A DNA stretch of 64,000 nt, taken from Epithemia pelagica. Lineage: Eukaryota; Protista; Bacillariophyta. The position numbers and the translations under genes are program-made. Position 1 is the first letter of the stretch. Each line of letters opens with the position of its first letter. This document shows positions 51,278 to 61,982 of the stretch, one piece after another. The DNA is taken from positions 3,162,001-3,226,000 of the forward strand of contig OX337229.1 of NCBI GenBank assembly GCA_946965045.2, given 5' to 3'. A model generated the notes under the pieces. It saw only the letters and a list, made by a program, of their open reading frames with translations, did not search any database and was not told the DNA's origin.

Positions 51278-54200
51278 TTACTCGCTGTCGGAATCCTCTT
51301 TGTTTCCATCGTCGAAAGGTAAGTCTTCCTCTGAAACAAATTCATCGTAATCCAAATCCTCACTGTCTTCTTCACTGTCGTGGTCGGTCTCAGGGTCCCA
51401 ATCACTACCACTGTCAGTTTCACATTCGGGATCGTCTCTGTTTTCCTTTTCCATTTCACAATCATCATCACTGTCCTGTAAACTGTCCAGGAGACCGTCC
51501 CAGCTATCAATAACTTCGGCATCAGGACCTACTTCTTCTTTTTCAATGTCCCAATCGTGCTCCATTAGTCCATGCTCTGACAATGGTCCCAACTTGCTCA
51601 CTTCGTTGATTCGTTTTCCGTATTGGATAGTTCCCCCATTTTCCTTTACCCATTCATCAAACTTCTCCACCTCATCAGTGCTTCGATTAGCATAAGACTC
51701 CTTGATTTGCTCGTCAGTTGTTCCGGTCATGAAGACCATACGCCGTTGCAACCAACGTGCAATCGATCTAAGACGACTCAATGTAGATTTTCCTGCGTTT
51801 ACAGCTCCCCCTCTTTGGGTTCTGTTAAAATAAAACGACTTAAATAGGTGATTAAAGGCTGGACACAGAACAACAAAATGAGACGACACTCCAAAATCCA
51901 ATGGTACTGTCGCTGGCAAAGAACTTACCCTCCCATCCTTGTTGAGAATGGGCCCACAAGTTCCTCCACCGGTTCAAATATTCCATCAGGTGACCACTAC
52001 CCAACATGTGGGCGTAGTTCGTCACCCCCTCCTCACCATGCAACGTTAGCCAGTCCCTGAAGAAGTAATCAACTTGTCTTTGGAATGAGAATATCTCTCT
52101 CTGCTTCATGTCATGGCGGACGTTGACTTTTTTCAGGGCCAAACGGTAGTGTCCAATACATCGTTGCCACAACTCGCGTCTCACCTCGTCCGATACACAC
52201 AAAGCAAGGAGAATCTCAAACTTCGCCAGGACCTTCCGGATTCGGACGTTGTCCATGCAAATAGTAGCAACCTTTTTCTTCTTTTCATCGTACGGCATTT
52301 TCCAGTGAGAAGGGAGAAGTTCACTTCCAAGTACGCGCTCACTCATATTTCTGTTGACTTCTCGTAGATAAGCCTGTATTCGCTTCTCTTGTGTATCACA
52401 CTGGTTCGACATCCATGGGAAAGGTGTGGCACTTTCGGCGTTCTTGACGGTGGTAAGCCCTTCCTTAAGTACTAGCGTCAGAATCTTAAGACCCATCCGA
52501 TTTTCAAGGTGTAAAAGACAGGGGATTGAGTCGAGCATCAGCACCATTGCTGTACGTTTTCGAGATGTCTTGGCGTCCTGTAGACTCTCATAAGCCCTCC
52601 TGTACGACCACTCACGTTTATGCTGTTGCTTCAGGCGTATTTGTCTATCCTCTAGACGCCCTGTCCCAGTGAGACGTCTGATCCTAAGATCATGTGTGAC
52701 TGAACGAGAGTACTGTAGTCGTTGTTCTCTAGTCGCCACGGACAGATCGAAATGAATCGATCTTAAACTGGACTTTTCGGCACTTGTCGGTGCGACACGT
52801 GGATCGTTGTCCACCCAAATTTCCGAAGTGTCGCGTAGAACCGATAAATCTGAACCGAGTTGGGGCATTGTCTGCTTGAATTTGTCCACTTCTTCCTGAA
52901 GTTCGACCAGGTTCTCTTCGGTACACATTGTTGTATGGTGGCATTTCCATTCTGGGTCGAGATCATGGCCCAACTGGATACATACCTTACAGTTTGTATG
53001 GTCAGTTGTTGTGGGTAAATGAAGGTTCCCACTTCTTATGGTACATTTAGCGCACGGGAACGTGCATACCTTGGTCGCTCCACCCCGGCCCATCAACTTC
53101 CAATCACAAGACATATCACAGTTTGTCGTGCAGGTTATCTTCTGAATTTTGAACTTGTTGGGTAAGACTGTACTACATGCCTCACGTATCTCCTTAAACA
53201 TAGGCTCAAATGTGTCTTCAACCACCCCAAGACTCTCCGGCATAGCTACACATGTTATAGGGAAAACTCCGTTCCTCGACTGCTGGTATGGGTTGCTTGG
53301 GTCGTTGAACTTGACCCCCCCCAGCGTGTGGGAGAGGTTCTTCGTGAATAGGGCCCCATCTAAACTTTGTGATATCTTACAGGAACGATACAATGCCTCT
53401 GTGTCAAGAATTTTGCCAGACCGAAGGAGATTGGTGATAACATCCGCTGCACGGAACGAAAAACCTTCACTACCATTTTTCTTGTTTTTGATCATTACAA
53501 ACGGACAAAGGGTGCGTCCATAAGCTTCTACCATCGCAGCGTACTCTTGAACGGAGCTTGACGAGGGTATCAGTGTACGTTGGTTGAGAGTTCCATCTGT
53601 CTCTACATGTCGGAGGAGCTCGAGACCATGATAATTCAGTACACCTCCATGTTCGTCCATTGTCTTGAGTATCTTGTACGGTGTAAAAACATAATCCCTG
53701 ACGTACTGCCGGAAGATGTTGTAGGTACACTGTTTCAACTGCCCTCCGTGTATGTTCTCGTCAAGCATGAGCATTCCCAGTTCGTTGAAAAAATGCTGAG
53801 ACGATTTGCTGGTGCTACATAAAGTTTTGGTTTTCTCGAGGATCAGGCTCCTAATGTGGTCCACTAGAATATCACCATTTGCATCGGGAAAACATGATTT
53901 GGGTAGGCCTATTGCCTTGTCTTGTAGGTCGCGAATCTCCTTTCGAGCTTCTTTGAGTTGCTTCGTTGCATAGTTGTGCTGTCTTGTCTTTTGGTATATC
54001 TCTGCTGACAGCGTTTTGTTTCGATCTTTCGCTATGAACAACTGACGCTGTAATGTATCAACTTGTCTTTGTAATGCAATGATCGTATCATTGTCATTTC
54101 GGGCAGGGGCTTGTGGTATTCTTGGTTCTATTGGATCAATGGGTTCGTGAGGAGGTAAGGCTGATGGTGTTGGTGGTGCTTGGGTACAACTTGGTGTATT

Positions 54201-55151
54201 TGCGTCGGAAATATTGGAAAGGGAGTCGTCTTGAGAACATCTTGGAGGACATTCTTCGGATCTTGCTTGGGGAATGTCGTTGGTGTACACAATCTCTAAG
54301 GTAGTCAGTGCTTCTTCGGGAAAATGGGCCAACAAGTCCTCGGTTGGAGCGTTGTCCTTTACTTCCTCATGGTTCTTCGAGTCATCAACTACTCTATTAT
54401 TCTTGTCTTCGCCGTGGTCTTCGTCATCCGAGACATATATATGGTCTGCGATGACCTCAGGTTCGTACCGTGTTGAGGGTTGGGCATTCGGAAAAGCTTT
54501 CGCGTGTGCATCGATGACACTACTGAAAGTCTGAGTTTGCTTGCTTCTTGAATGAGTGTTTTGCTGTTGTTTAGCAGGTTGAAGGCGCCGTCTTCTTGTC
54601 TTCTTCTTCTGGTACTTGGGCGGTGGTGGTACAACGGTGCGAATGTCCGTGGGTTCGAGAAGGTGAGTGTGCTTTGCGATGCAAGTGAATGGTCCTCGGC
54701 GTCGCGTCCGATTCAACTTGCGATTGGGTTCGGCGCGTTCTATGTCGTCTGCTCTTTTACATTGTCCACAGAAGAAAAACTCAGCACCCCATTCTTTTTG
54801 TCTTTCTATTCCAAATACAGAGCAGGGCTTGTATTTTCGATTGGCAAACTGGCGAGCAATGTGAGACACTCGGTTGAGTTCTACCACAGAGTCTTCAATC
54901 GTTGTCTCGAGGTTTCGTCTTGTGGAACGAGTTCTCTTATTGGGACTCGCAGCAGATAGGGGAGGAGGATCTAGCAGACGCTTTGTCTTCGCAAGTCTTG
55001 TGGTTGCTTTTTGTTTTGTTATGATCACAGCTTGAGTGACGGAAGGTGAACAGGGTTGGCAGATTCTGCCTTCGTTCGGTGGGGTGGGAGGAGGATTTCT
55101 TCGACCTCCTCTCTTGCATTGGGAACGGGTTGTGGGCATGGTGGTATCCAA
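51278..55151 (-). CDS. Transib/RAG1/Chapaev-related DDE transposase (intron 51859-51928)
   Basis: SLDG (D1), NCDMSCDWK (D2), FPCAKC, PCLLHLENR, VTNYAHM..GH and spliced SQQGWEAFN (E), collinear with RAG1-core catalytic and C2H2 residues; the GTAAG..CCAG intron restores the frame. Confidence 0.8.
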
Positions 55152-55919
55152 AGGTAATTGAAGTGGATGATGGTGTGTATAGATAAGAAGGTATTACTCC
55201 AGAAGCGTTGATGAAGGAAGACGTCCTGGACAGAGCAATGTTTCTCGTCCCATTATTGCGTCCTTCATTCTCTTTGAAAAAGGAGACTAAAGTGCGAGTG
55301 TGTTAGAAAGACTGTATTCATTGTTATATTAGTGTTAGCGCGCCGAGCGAGTCGATGTGCGTGACACATTTTGTGAACGACTAGTTTTTGGAACGATAAT
55401 GGGTCTCTGTCAATAAGTGCATTTGTGTGGGCATTATGGATCCGGTAGCTCGAGACTAAGCATTGGCAACTCCTCTTGGATAGTCAACGGATGGGTGCCG
55501 AGTCTTAGGCACGAGCCAACGGATGTATTGGATGCGTTGAAACCGATGCAATCCTATGTATTTGGTAGATTTTGGAAATTTGCTTCCGACGTGATCGAGG
55601 GTGAAATTATATTTAACAAATGAGTTTCTTACAGTTTTTCCTATAGTGGATCTGGATGTTTCTGAGGGAGGAACGTAGGCAATGAGTTGGGCCGGCGATG
55701 ACGGTTATGAGCGTTTGCTCGTATTGACTACCTACTCCCAAGCTAACTATGAGTCATGTGTGATCGTGACCGTGACGGGTGACGGGCGCTTTTACCTGTA
55801 CACTCATGAATCCTCCTCCGTGCCGTGAGGGAGTTTCCCTAGAGTCTCTCCGCTATGCTACCACTCGACGAATGGACTCCAATAGCCGGAAAGAGAGGAC
55901 GGGAGTTAACTATGAGTAA

Positions 55920-56699
55920 TTAAGCTTCGGTCTCCGAATCCCCACTCTCTTCCGAATGATCAGAGTCGTTTCCAGGCTCAGATGGGGCAGCACAAGCAAC
56001 AGAAGAAGGGGTATCACCTTCAGCCAGGTGGTTCTCGACCTCGGTACGCAAAGGGTAGATAGTTGCACGATGGTCCTCGATGGTATGGACCTCGTGGATG
56101 TAGGCAACGTAGTTATCTAGGCGTACAACGTTAGGAGGCAGAGGGCAAGTCGTCGCGTTCACGACGTGGATGGTATTGTAGTATCCAGTTGGGCGCTCGA
56201 AGGTTAGGCAGCGGAGGTGGACAGTACGGATGGGGTTGCCCGAGAGGGCGGCCAAGATGAGGCGACGCCTCGGAGAACGATGAAGTTGGTCGTTCAGACG
56301 GTCAATGTCTTCTTGGTCGACGATGTGGGTCACCGATTGGAACTGGCGTTCGATCTGGGTCTCCCCACGGATGATCTCGGGATCGAAGGTCGAACAAGTT
56401 GGTTGACGGAAGTACTTGATATGATCAGCAATCAACCGGGTGGTACGACGGGATCGAGAAGGGACGAGCCGACGAGGCGGCCTCGGGGGCCGAAGCAACG
56501 GCGCAGGGATCGGAGCGTGAGGCTGGGTTGGAGTCTCGAATGGGTTGCTGTTGGAACTGTCGACGGAGATGTTGACCGATGTGTTGGCTGCCTTTGGCGT
56601 CGGCACCAGTTCCTGCTGCACCAGGGTATCGGGCTGCCCGGGATGCAGTTTGGCTCGATAGATCTGTCGTACAGGAGTGATAAGCTCGTTAGTATCCAT
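55920..56699 (-). CDS. Orphan 259-aa Pro/Arg-rich protein, probably element-associated
   Basis: Open ORF with an acidic tail lying between two transposase-bearing regions; no recognised domain. Confidence 0.45.
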   Translation of the reverse strand: MDTNELITPVRQIYRAKLHPGQPDTLVQQELVPTPKAANTSVNISVDSSNSNPFETPTQPHAPIPAPLLRPPRPPRRLVPSRSRRTTRLIADHIKYFRQPTCSTFDPEIIRGETQIERQFQSVTHIVDQEDIDRLNDQLHRSPRRRLILAALSGNPIRTVHLRCLTFERPTGYYNTIHVVNATTCPLPPNVVRLDNYVAYIHEVHTIEDHRATIYPLRTEVENHLAEGDTPSSVACAAPSEPGNDSDHSEESGDSETEA

Positions 56700-57593
56700 G
56701 AAACCACAAGGAAATAAGCTTTGAGACTGTTAATCTGTTACAATTCTTTCTGAATTGTAGGGACATTGATGCTCGGTAGAGCAGACAATCAGGTAGGTCA
56801 CCAACCGATACAAGCTTCTCAGGGTCAGAGAAGCAAGCAAGTCGAAGTCTATCAGAAGGATAGTCGGGACACAAAAGAAGATGTGATAAATAGTGATATT
56901 GTTAGATTGTGTGTTGATTACTACGATAGGTCTACGTGAAATGTTCGGTCCTGCCAAGGGTCATGTGTCATAGGTTCTTGGCGGCAACAGGTTTGGAATA
57001 GTTGGAGTTGATTCATGTGATGTATATGACATGTATATGTGGACGGATAACATATACAGGGTCAACAGCTCTTGCTTTGGGTTGGCATAGTTGTTTTCAT
57101 GGCGCGCAGCTTGTTGACAATTTGGAGATTGTGGGAATGGAAATATGGTCTCGCGTGATCGTGTGTCGTGCTTGGGATACTTAGACCGTTGGGTCGGATA
57201 GATGCCGACAGCGCTCGGATGTCGCTTGGGCGCGCTCGATGATTTCGGGCGCGTACGCTTAGGGCGTTAGTATAATGTCCGAGCAACGGCCAAATTTACG
57301 TCCGTTGTAATACCGCACGACCCAGTTTAGTCTTGAGAGTGAGTTCGTCAATCTATTCTCACTTTTCATGATTTGCAAAGAAATATAGGTCAATATAGCG
57401 CGAAGCTAGGGAACATAGCTCGAAGCTAGATGGCATGATGCGATAGCACGAGGCTATGTGACATGGGGAATCGATGAGATGTAGAATCTAACCACCATAG
57501 ACGGTGAGAATTCTAACAAGACAAACGACACACACACAACATAGGATTAGTTACGATGAAGCTAACCAAATAATGAAGATAAGCTGAAAACTC

Positions 57594-57868
57594 AAAACGG
57601 CAGATCGGAGCTAAACGGCAGATCGGAGCTAAACGGCAGATCGGAGCTAAACGGAAGAAAGGCGAAAAACGGAAGAAAGGCGAAAAACGGAAGGAGCTAC
57701 GAGAAAACACGTAGGATTTTGTACTAGGAGGCGATAAACGGAAGAAAGGCGCTAAACGGCAGAAAGGCGCTAAACGGCAGAAAGGCGCTAAACGGCAGAT
57801 CGGAGCTAAACGGCAGATCGGAGAAAAAAGGCAGATCAGAGCTAAACGACAGATCAGAGCTAAACGGT
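57594..57868. repeat. Two degenerate 18-bp tandem arrays (AAACGGCAGATCGGAGCT / AAACGGCAGAAAGGCGCT variants)
   Basis: Head-to-tail units at ~57594-57690 and ~57736-57868, with no unique spacers. Confidence 0.9.
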
Positions 57869-58361
57869 AGAGCACGTCGTAAGTAGGACTGATCCATCAC
57901 CATCTGATATTTGGGTTTGAATTTTTTTAGCTTAAGCCTTCTTATGGAAAGCAAGCAATGATTCTGTCTTCTTTATGTGCTGATCCCCGAGTCGCATCAC
58001 ACCAACTCGATGTCTTGGGTCTTGGACAAATTTTTAGACTCTGTAGCTACTCAGAGACTGCGTGTACTCGTTGTACTCTGTGATTTTCAATCGAATCATT
58101 TACGAGTTTCTCATGTTCCCTATTAGATATCGGCCAATGGAAGCCATTCAGAAATTTCCAATGCATCTCATGTTCTTGTGGGCTGTTCTTGTAACTTTAT
58201 AACTACACTACTATTACATCAAAAATCGGGAAATAGTATCTAAAGGGCATAACTTGTTGAGTCTCCGTTGGTGCACCTCACACGATCCATCTCCCGCACT
58301 GCGAGAGCCACACACTCAAATCTTTATGTGAGAGTCCTCTCCTCTCTCGTGTCACAGAAGA

Positions 58362-59331
58362 ATGGATTTGCCAGATCGAAAGCGACAACGGTCCGAAGCA
58401 CCTCACGCCGATGATGTGCTGAGGATTGCGCGTGGGATCTGGGGACGCGATGGCCTTAGAGAGCGTTCCACCCAGACCGAGGATCTGGAGTTTCGGAGCT
58501 TTTTTGGGTGTTCGGTGGCAGTGTTTTTGTCTTTGTGGTCCTTGCTGGGAACGACCGACACCATACCTGAAGGGGGCACAATCACTCATTTGTTGTGGAC
58601 CCTTCTATTTCTGAAGGTCTACTCAAATGCAAAGTCATTGTGTGCCCTTGTAGGTGGGGTTGACCCGGAAACCTTCCGCAAGTGGACGTGGTTGTTCATT
58701 CCGGCAATTGCTAACCTAGAACCCCTAGTGGTAAGTGGTGCTACTTGCTGTGAAAGGGATGTCGGTCTTTTCTTATCTAACCCCATTGCTACAGATAATA
58801 TTTGAAAATAGGTTTAAGAGAGATGTTGTTGGCAATGACTGCCTTATGTCAGTGGATGGTACGGACTTTCGCATACCGGAGCACGGCCGGAAGTTCTTTT
58901 CGTTCAAGTTCAAAAAGAGTGGTCTCCGGTACGAGGTAGGCCTTTGCATCCTCACTGGAGACATTGTGTGGATCAATGTTCCGTATGAGTGTGGGTTGTG
59001 GAATGATCTTATGATCTTCCGCAACTCCCTACTCTCGCACCTAGAACCAAACGAACGCGTGGAAGCAGATGATGGGTATCTCGGAGAGCATCCGAAAAAA
59101 GTCAAATGCCCAAAGGGCTTTGCCAATCCACCCCAAACAAAAAGAATGCAACAACGTGTTCGTAGTCGCCAGGAGACAATTAACAAGAGGTTTAAGCTTT
59201 GGGGCTGCCTCGCCCAAACCTTTCGACACGACCTCGATCAGCACGGAGATGTTTTCAGAGCTGTTGCCGTAATTTGCCAGCTCACAATAAACAACGGTGA
59301 ACAACTCTTTCAGGTTGACTACAAAGATTAA
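58362..59331 (+). mobile_element. PIF/Harbinger (DDE_Tnp_4-like) transposase gene, 301 aa spliced (intron 58731-58794); element termini not found
   Basis: FRSFFG..HLLWTLLFLKVY..TFRKW, SVDGTDF, EADDGY and RSRQETINKRFK; the GTAAG..ACAG intron joins the two ORFs in frame. Confidence 0.8.
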
Positions 59332-59690
59332 TTTATAGCGCCTAAGGAATGTTAGTTGTCTATTTGTATGCCAATTGTTTGTATCCGTAGGTTAACAGGT
59401 TGCAAGCTACAGCTCTACCTGCTACGAGCCATTGCTAGGAGTGTCCGTGGCCGACGTTGCTAACATCAGGCGCAAAAGGCAATTTCGCGATGTTCCGAAT
59501 ATTGGCGTAGTGCTTGTGCTTTCTTTGGAATATTGGTAAGGCTATCGAGCAAAGTTCGACCTTATCAAGTGCATTTTTTGTGTGCAAAGAAGGCGATGCT
59601 GAGCAATTGTTCCATCCGGTCTAATGAATCTCGGTGTCCTGAATCCTGAACATAGGATAAGGCCATTCTATATAATTCACAGTCCCCTTA

Positions 59691-61739
59691 TCAACTCACT
59701 GAGCTTGCAGTAAAAAAATCAATCCAGGGCGACTTATCGATTCCAGTTTGTGTCCGCGATGCGTAGGTTTCACCCAATGATGATTTAAATCGTCTGGGAG
59801 TAATGAAACGTGCTCGTTTCCTTTTCCCCCCAGATTTGTGTAGAAGAGGGTGCTTCTTGACACTGCTGTGTTGGAAGGGAATATAGAACATCCTCAGGTG
59901 CTGTAAACATTCCTTGTGCAGTCGCTCTGGTCCCTCCGATGGAAGCTGGAGCAATTTGCTGGAGGCGGCTCCATTGGCTTGACCAGCAACGGAGCTATTA
60001 GCATGAAATCTGAGCGTTGCAATCTCCCATCCAGATGTAGCGTATGGATTGCTCTGTTCTGGATCCCGCACGTCTGGTGTGTACTCTCCCGATGTGATAA
60101 TGTCATTCTCATTTTCAAGTAACTGCTGAGCTGAAGGATATCGTAGCATGAGATGCCGCGTGAAAGCCAGCAGCGGAACAGATGTATAGGGTGGTGCATG
60201 CAATGATGCTGTCATAATCTGTTTCACAAAGGCCGCAACGCGGATGTTGGAGTGCTCCTTCTGCTTCAGAAATGCCGCTGTCAGACAACGCAGCAGAATC
60301 TCGGTATGTTGCAGTGAGTTGCCCTCACTCGTGATTCGCGGAATCTGGCTGTACAAAGGAAGGACATACTCCTTTTGATCAATCTTGAGCTCTCGTCCAG
60401 GACCCTGTAGGGTTTGAAACGCTGTCAAGATACAATTCAATGCAGCATCGAGAGGCAGGGTCTCGACATTCGCGAGTAGCTCTTTCAATACTGCTAGGAG
60501 ATCCATGACTGTTTCAATATTGATTAAATGAGCGAATTTGGCAAGACCCTCCAACGTCGCTGGTAGAACGTCTTTCATGGCCACATGGTTCTCATGTTTC
60601 AGAATACGAAAGTAGGTAAGTGTTACAGCTTGCAGGGCATCGGACTGATTACGAGCAAGATGGATTTTGTCAACAGTTGCATCGCCTTCTTTCAGTTCAG
60701 ATTCAATGGAGGCTAACTCTTTGTCTTTTTTGCGTTTCTTGGCATTTGCTTTGGAGACCATCTTAGCTGCTTGGGCTTCGTCAACATGTACACGAAGGGG
60801 AAGGGAAACGAAAGTTCGAAGGACTGCAGGTCGAACCTTGAAGTTTCGATTTTGAATCATTTTTGAAACTTGTCGTGTCGCCTCTAAGGCCACCTCACCT
60901 TGTGCATCATTTGAGAAAACATAAGATATTGCAGAACAGCAATAGTCACCCACCAAAGGATGATTCATTGGTCGAATCACAGCCGATAACAGGTTTGACT
61001 TAAAATTGAAATGAAAAGCTGACTTGAGCAGTTCAGCCATGCTCATTATGGCAACAACTGCGATCTTGCGGGGATGGTCTTTGCCCTTGCCTTTGTTGTC
61101 CCATGTCTTCTCCATTATTTTAAGATATTGCTGGTAGTGATCAAGTAGAGCCTTTTCGTAATCCCACAACTGTTTTGTCTCTTTGGAAACTTTAACAGCC
61201 ATTTCCTTCACATTGGGAAGTCTTATTCTGTAGTTTGGGATAATATCTTTGAATATTGCGAGCAAAGAAAGAATGGCCAACTGAGCCGTATGCTCCTGGA
61301 CCGACGAGTCTTGGGCTGATGCAACGGACAAAAGTTGCTTCATTGGTGATGATTCCTTTGTTCTCTCCTGCCTGTTTGCGTAATCAGCAGTCAGCTGCGA
61401 TTTGCTCTTGCGTCGAATTTCCGTCAAGTCCTCTGCAACAACGTCAATTGACACAAAAGCCTTCTCAGGATTTTCTAAGACGACTTCTGACAGCTCAGCT
61501 ATCATGTCTCCCATTTCATGCAATGCCATTCCTTCTTGTGCTGTCGAAGATGAGGTATCTTCCACCCAAATTTTCTTATTGAACTCTTTCTTTGATGACA
61601 TCTTTGAAGATTTGGAAATAGGAGCATCATTTATCATGAGAACAACATCTAAGTAGGCATGGATTTTGCCGAGAAATTTTGCGTGGACGCTAGACGCATG
61701 AGGGATGTGTGAGACGGACGACGGTCGATCGTAGCCCAC
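59691..61739 (-). CDS. NOC3: Nucleolar complex protein 3 (CBF/Mak21 domain; true start probably ~100 nt inside the ORF)
   Basis: IAELSEVVLENPE, LAILSLLAIFKDIIPNYRIR, HFNFKSNLL and LEGLAKFAHLIN. Confidence 0.9.
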   Translation of the reverse strand: MGYDRPSSVSHIPHASSVHAKFLGKIHAYLDVVLMINDAPISKSSKMSSKKEFNKKIWVEDTSSSTAQEGMALHEMGDMIAELSEVVLENPEKAFVSIDVVAEDLTEIRRKSKSQLTADYANRQERTKESSPMKQLLSVASAQDSSVQEHTAQLAILSLLAIFKDIIPNYRIRLPNVKEMAVKVSKETKQLWDYEKALLDHYQQYLKIMEKTWDNKGKGKDHPRKIAVVAIMSMAELLKSAFHFNFKSNLLSAVIRPMNHPLVGDYCCSAISYVFSNDAQGEVALEATRQVSKMIQNRNFKVRPAVLRTFVSLPLRVHVDEAQAAKMVSKANAKKRKKDKELASIESELKEGDATVDKIHLARNQSDALQAVTLTYFRILKHENHVAMKDVLPATLEGLAKFAHLINIETVMDLLAVLKELLANVETLPLDAALNCILTAFQTLQGPGRELKIDQKEYVLPLYSQIPRITSEGNSLQHTEILLRCLTAAFLKQKEHSNIRVAAFVKQIMTASLHAPPYTSVPLLAFTRHLMLRYPSAQQLLENENDIITSGEYTPDVRDPEQSNPYATSGWEIATLRFHANSSVAGQANGAASSKLLQLPSEGPERLHKECLQHLRMFYIPFQHSSVKKHPLLHKSGGKRKRARFITPRRFKSSLGETYASRTQTGIDKSPWIDFFTASSVS

Positions 61740-61982
61740 GAAGCCAAACAGGACTCAAACTTTCCTGAATCCCATTCCTGCTGGAAGGAAGTTTGGTGCG
61801 GCGGTCACACAACCCGTCACGCTCACGCCTCGTGAATATTTTTGTTGTTATCCTATTCGCCACATTCAGCTCCACAGGTATCTCTTCCATGCGAACATCG
61901 CAATCATTGTCTTCTGATGGCTGTGATAACCCCAACATCAGATCAATCAGCATAAAATAGCTCTGAAGTGAAGAAAAGTGCC

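Larger units (their letters stand above)
49126..55834. mobile_element. Transib/RAG1-like DNA transposon with two convergent genes; ends inferred from imperfect inverted blocks, no target duplication found
   Basis: Inverted blocks 49127-38/55823-34 (11/12), 49162-75/55748-61 (12/14) and 49233-58/55701-26 (22/26) enclose both ORFs. Confidence 0.65.

Noticed and set aside
57594-57868. CRISPR interpretation of the 18-bp array
   Set aside because: Units are contiguous with no unique spacers, there are no cas genes, and the context is eukaryotic.
58030-59470. Candidate TIRs for the Harbinger-like transposase (e.g. TAGACTCTGTAGCT near 58035 versus AGCTACAGCTCTA near 59405)
   Set aside because: Short, gapped and lacking a TAA/TTA duplication; consistent with chance.
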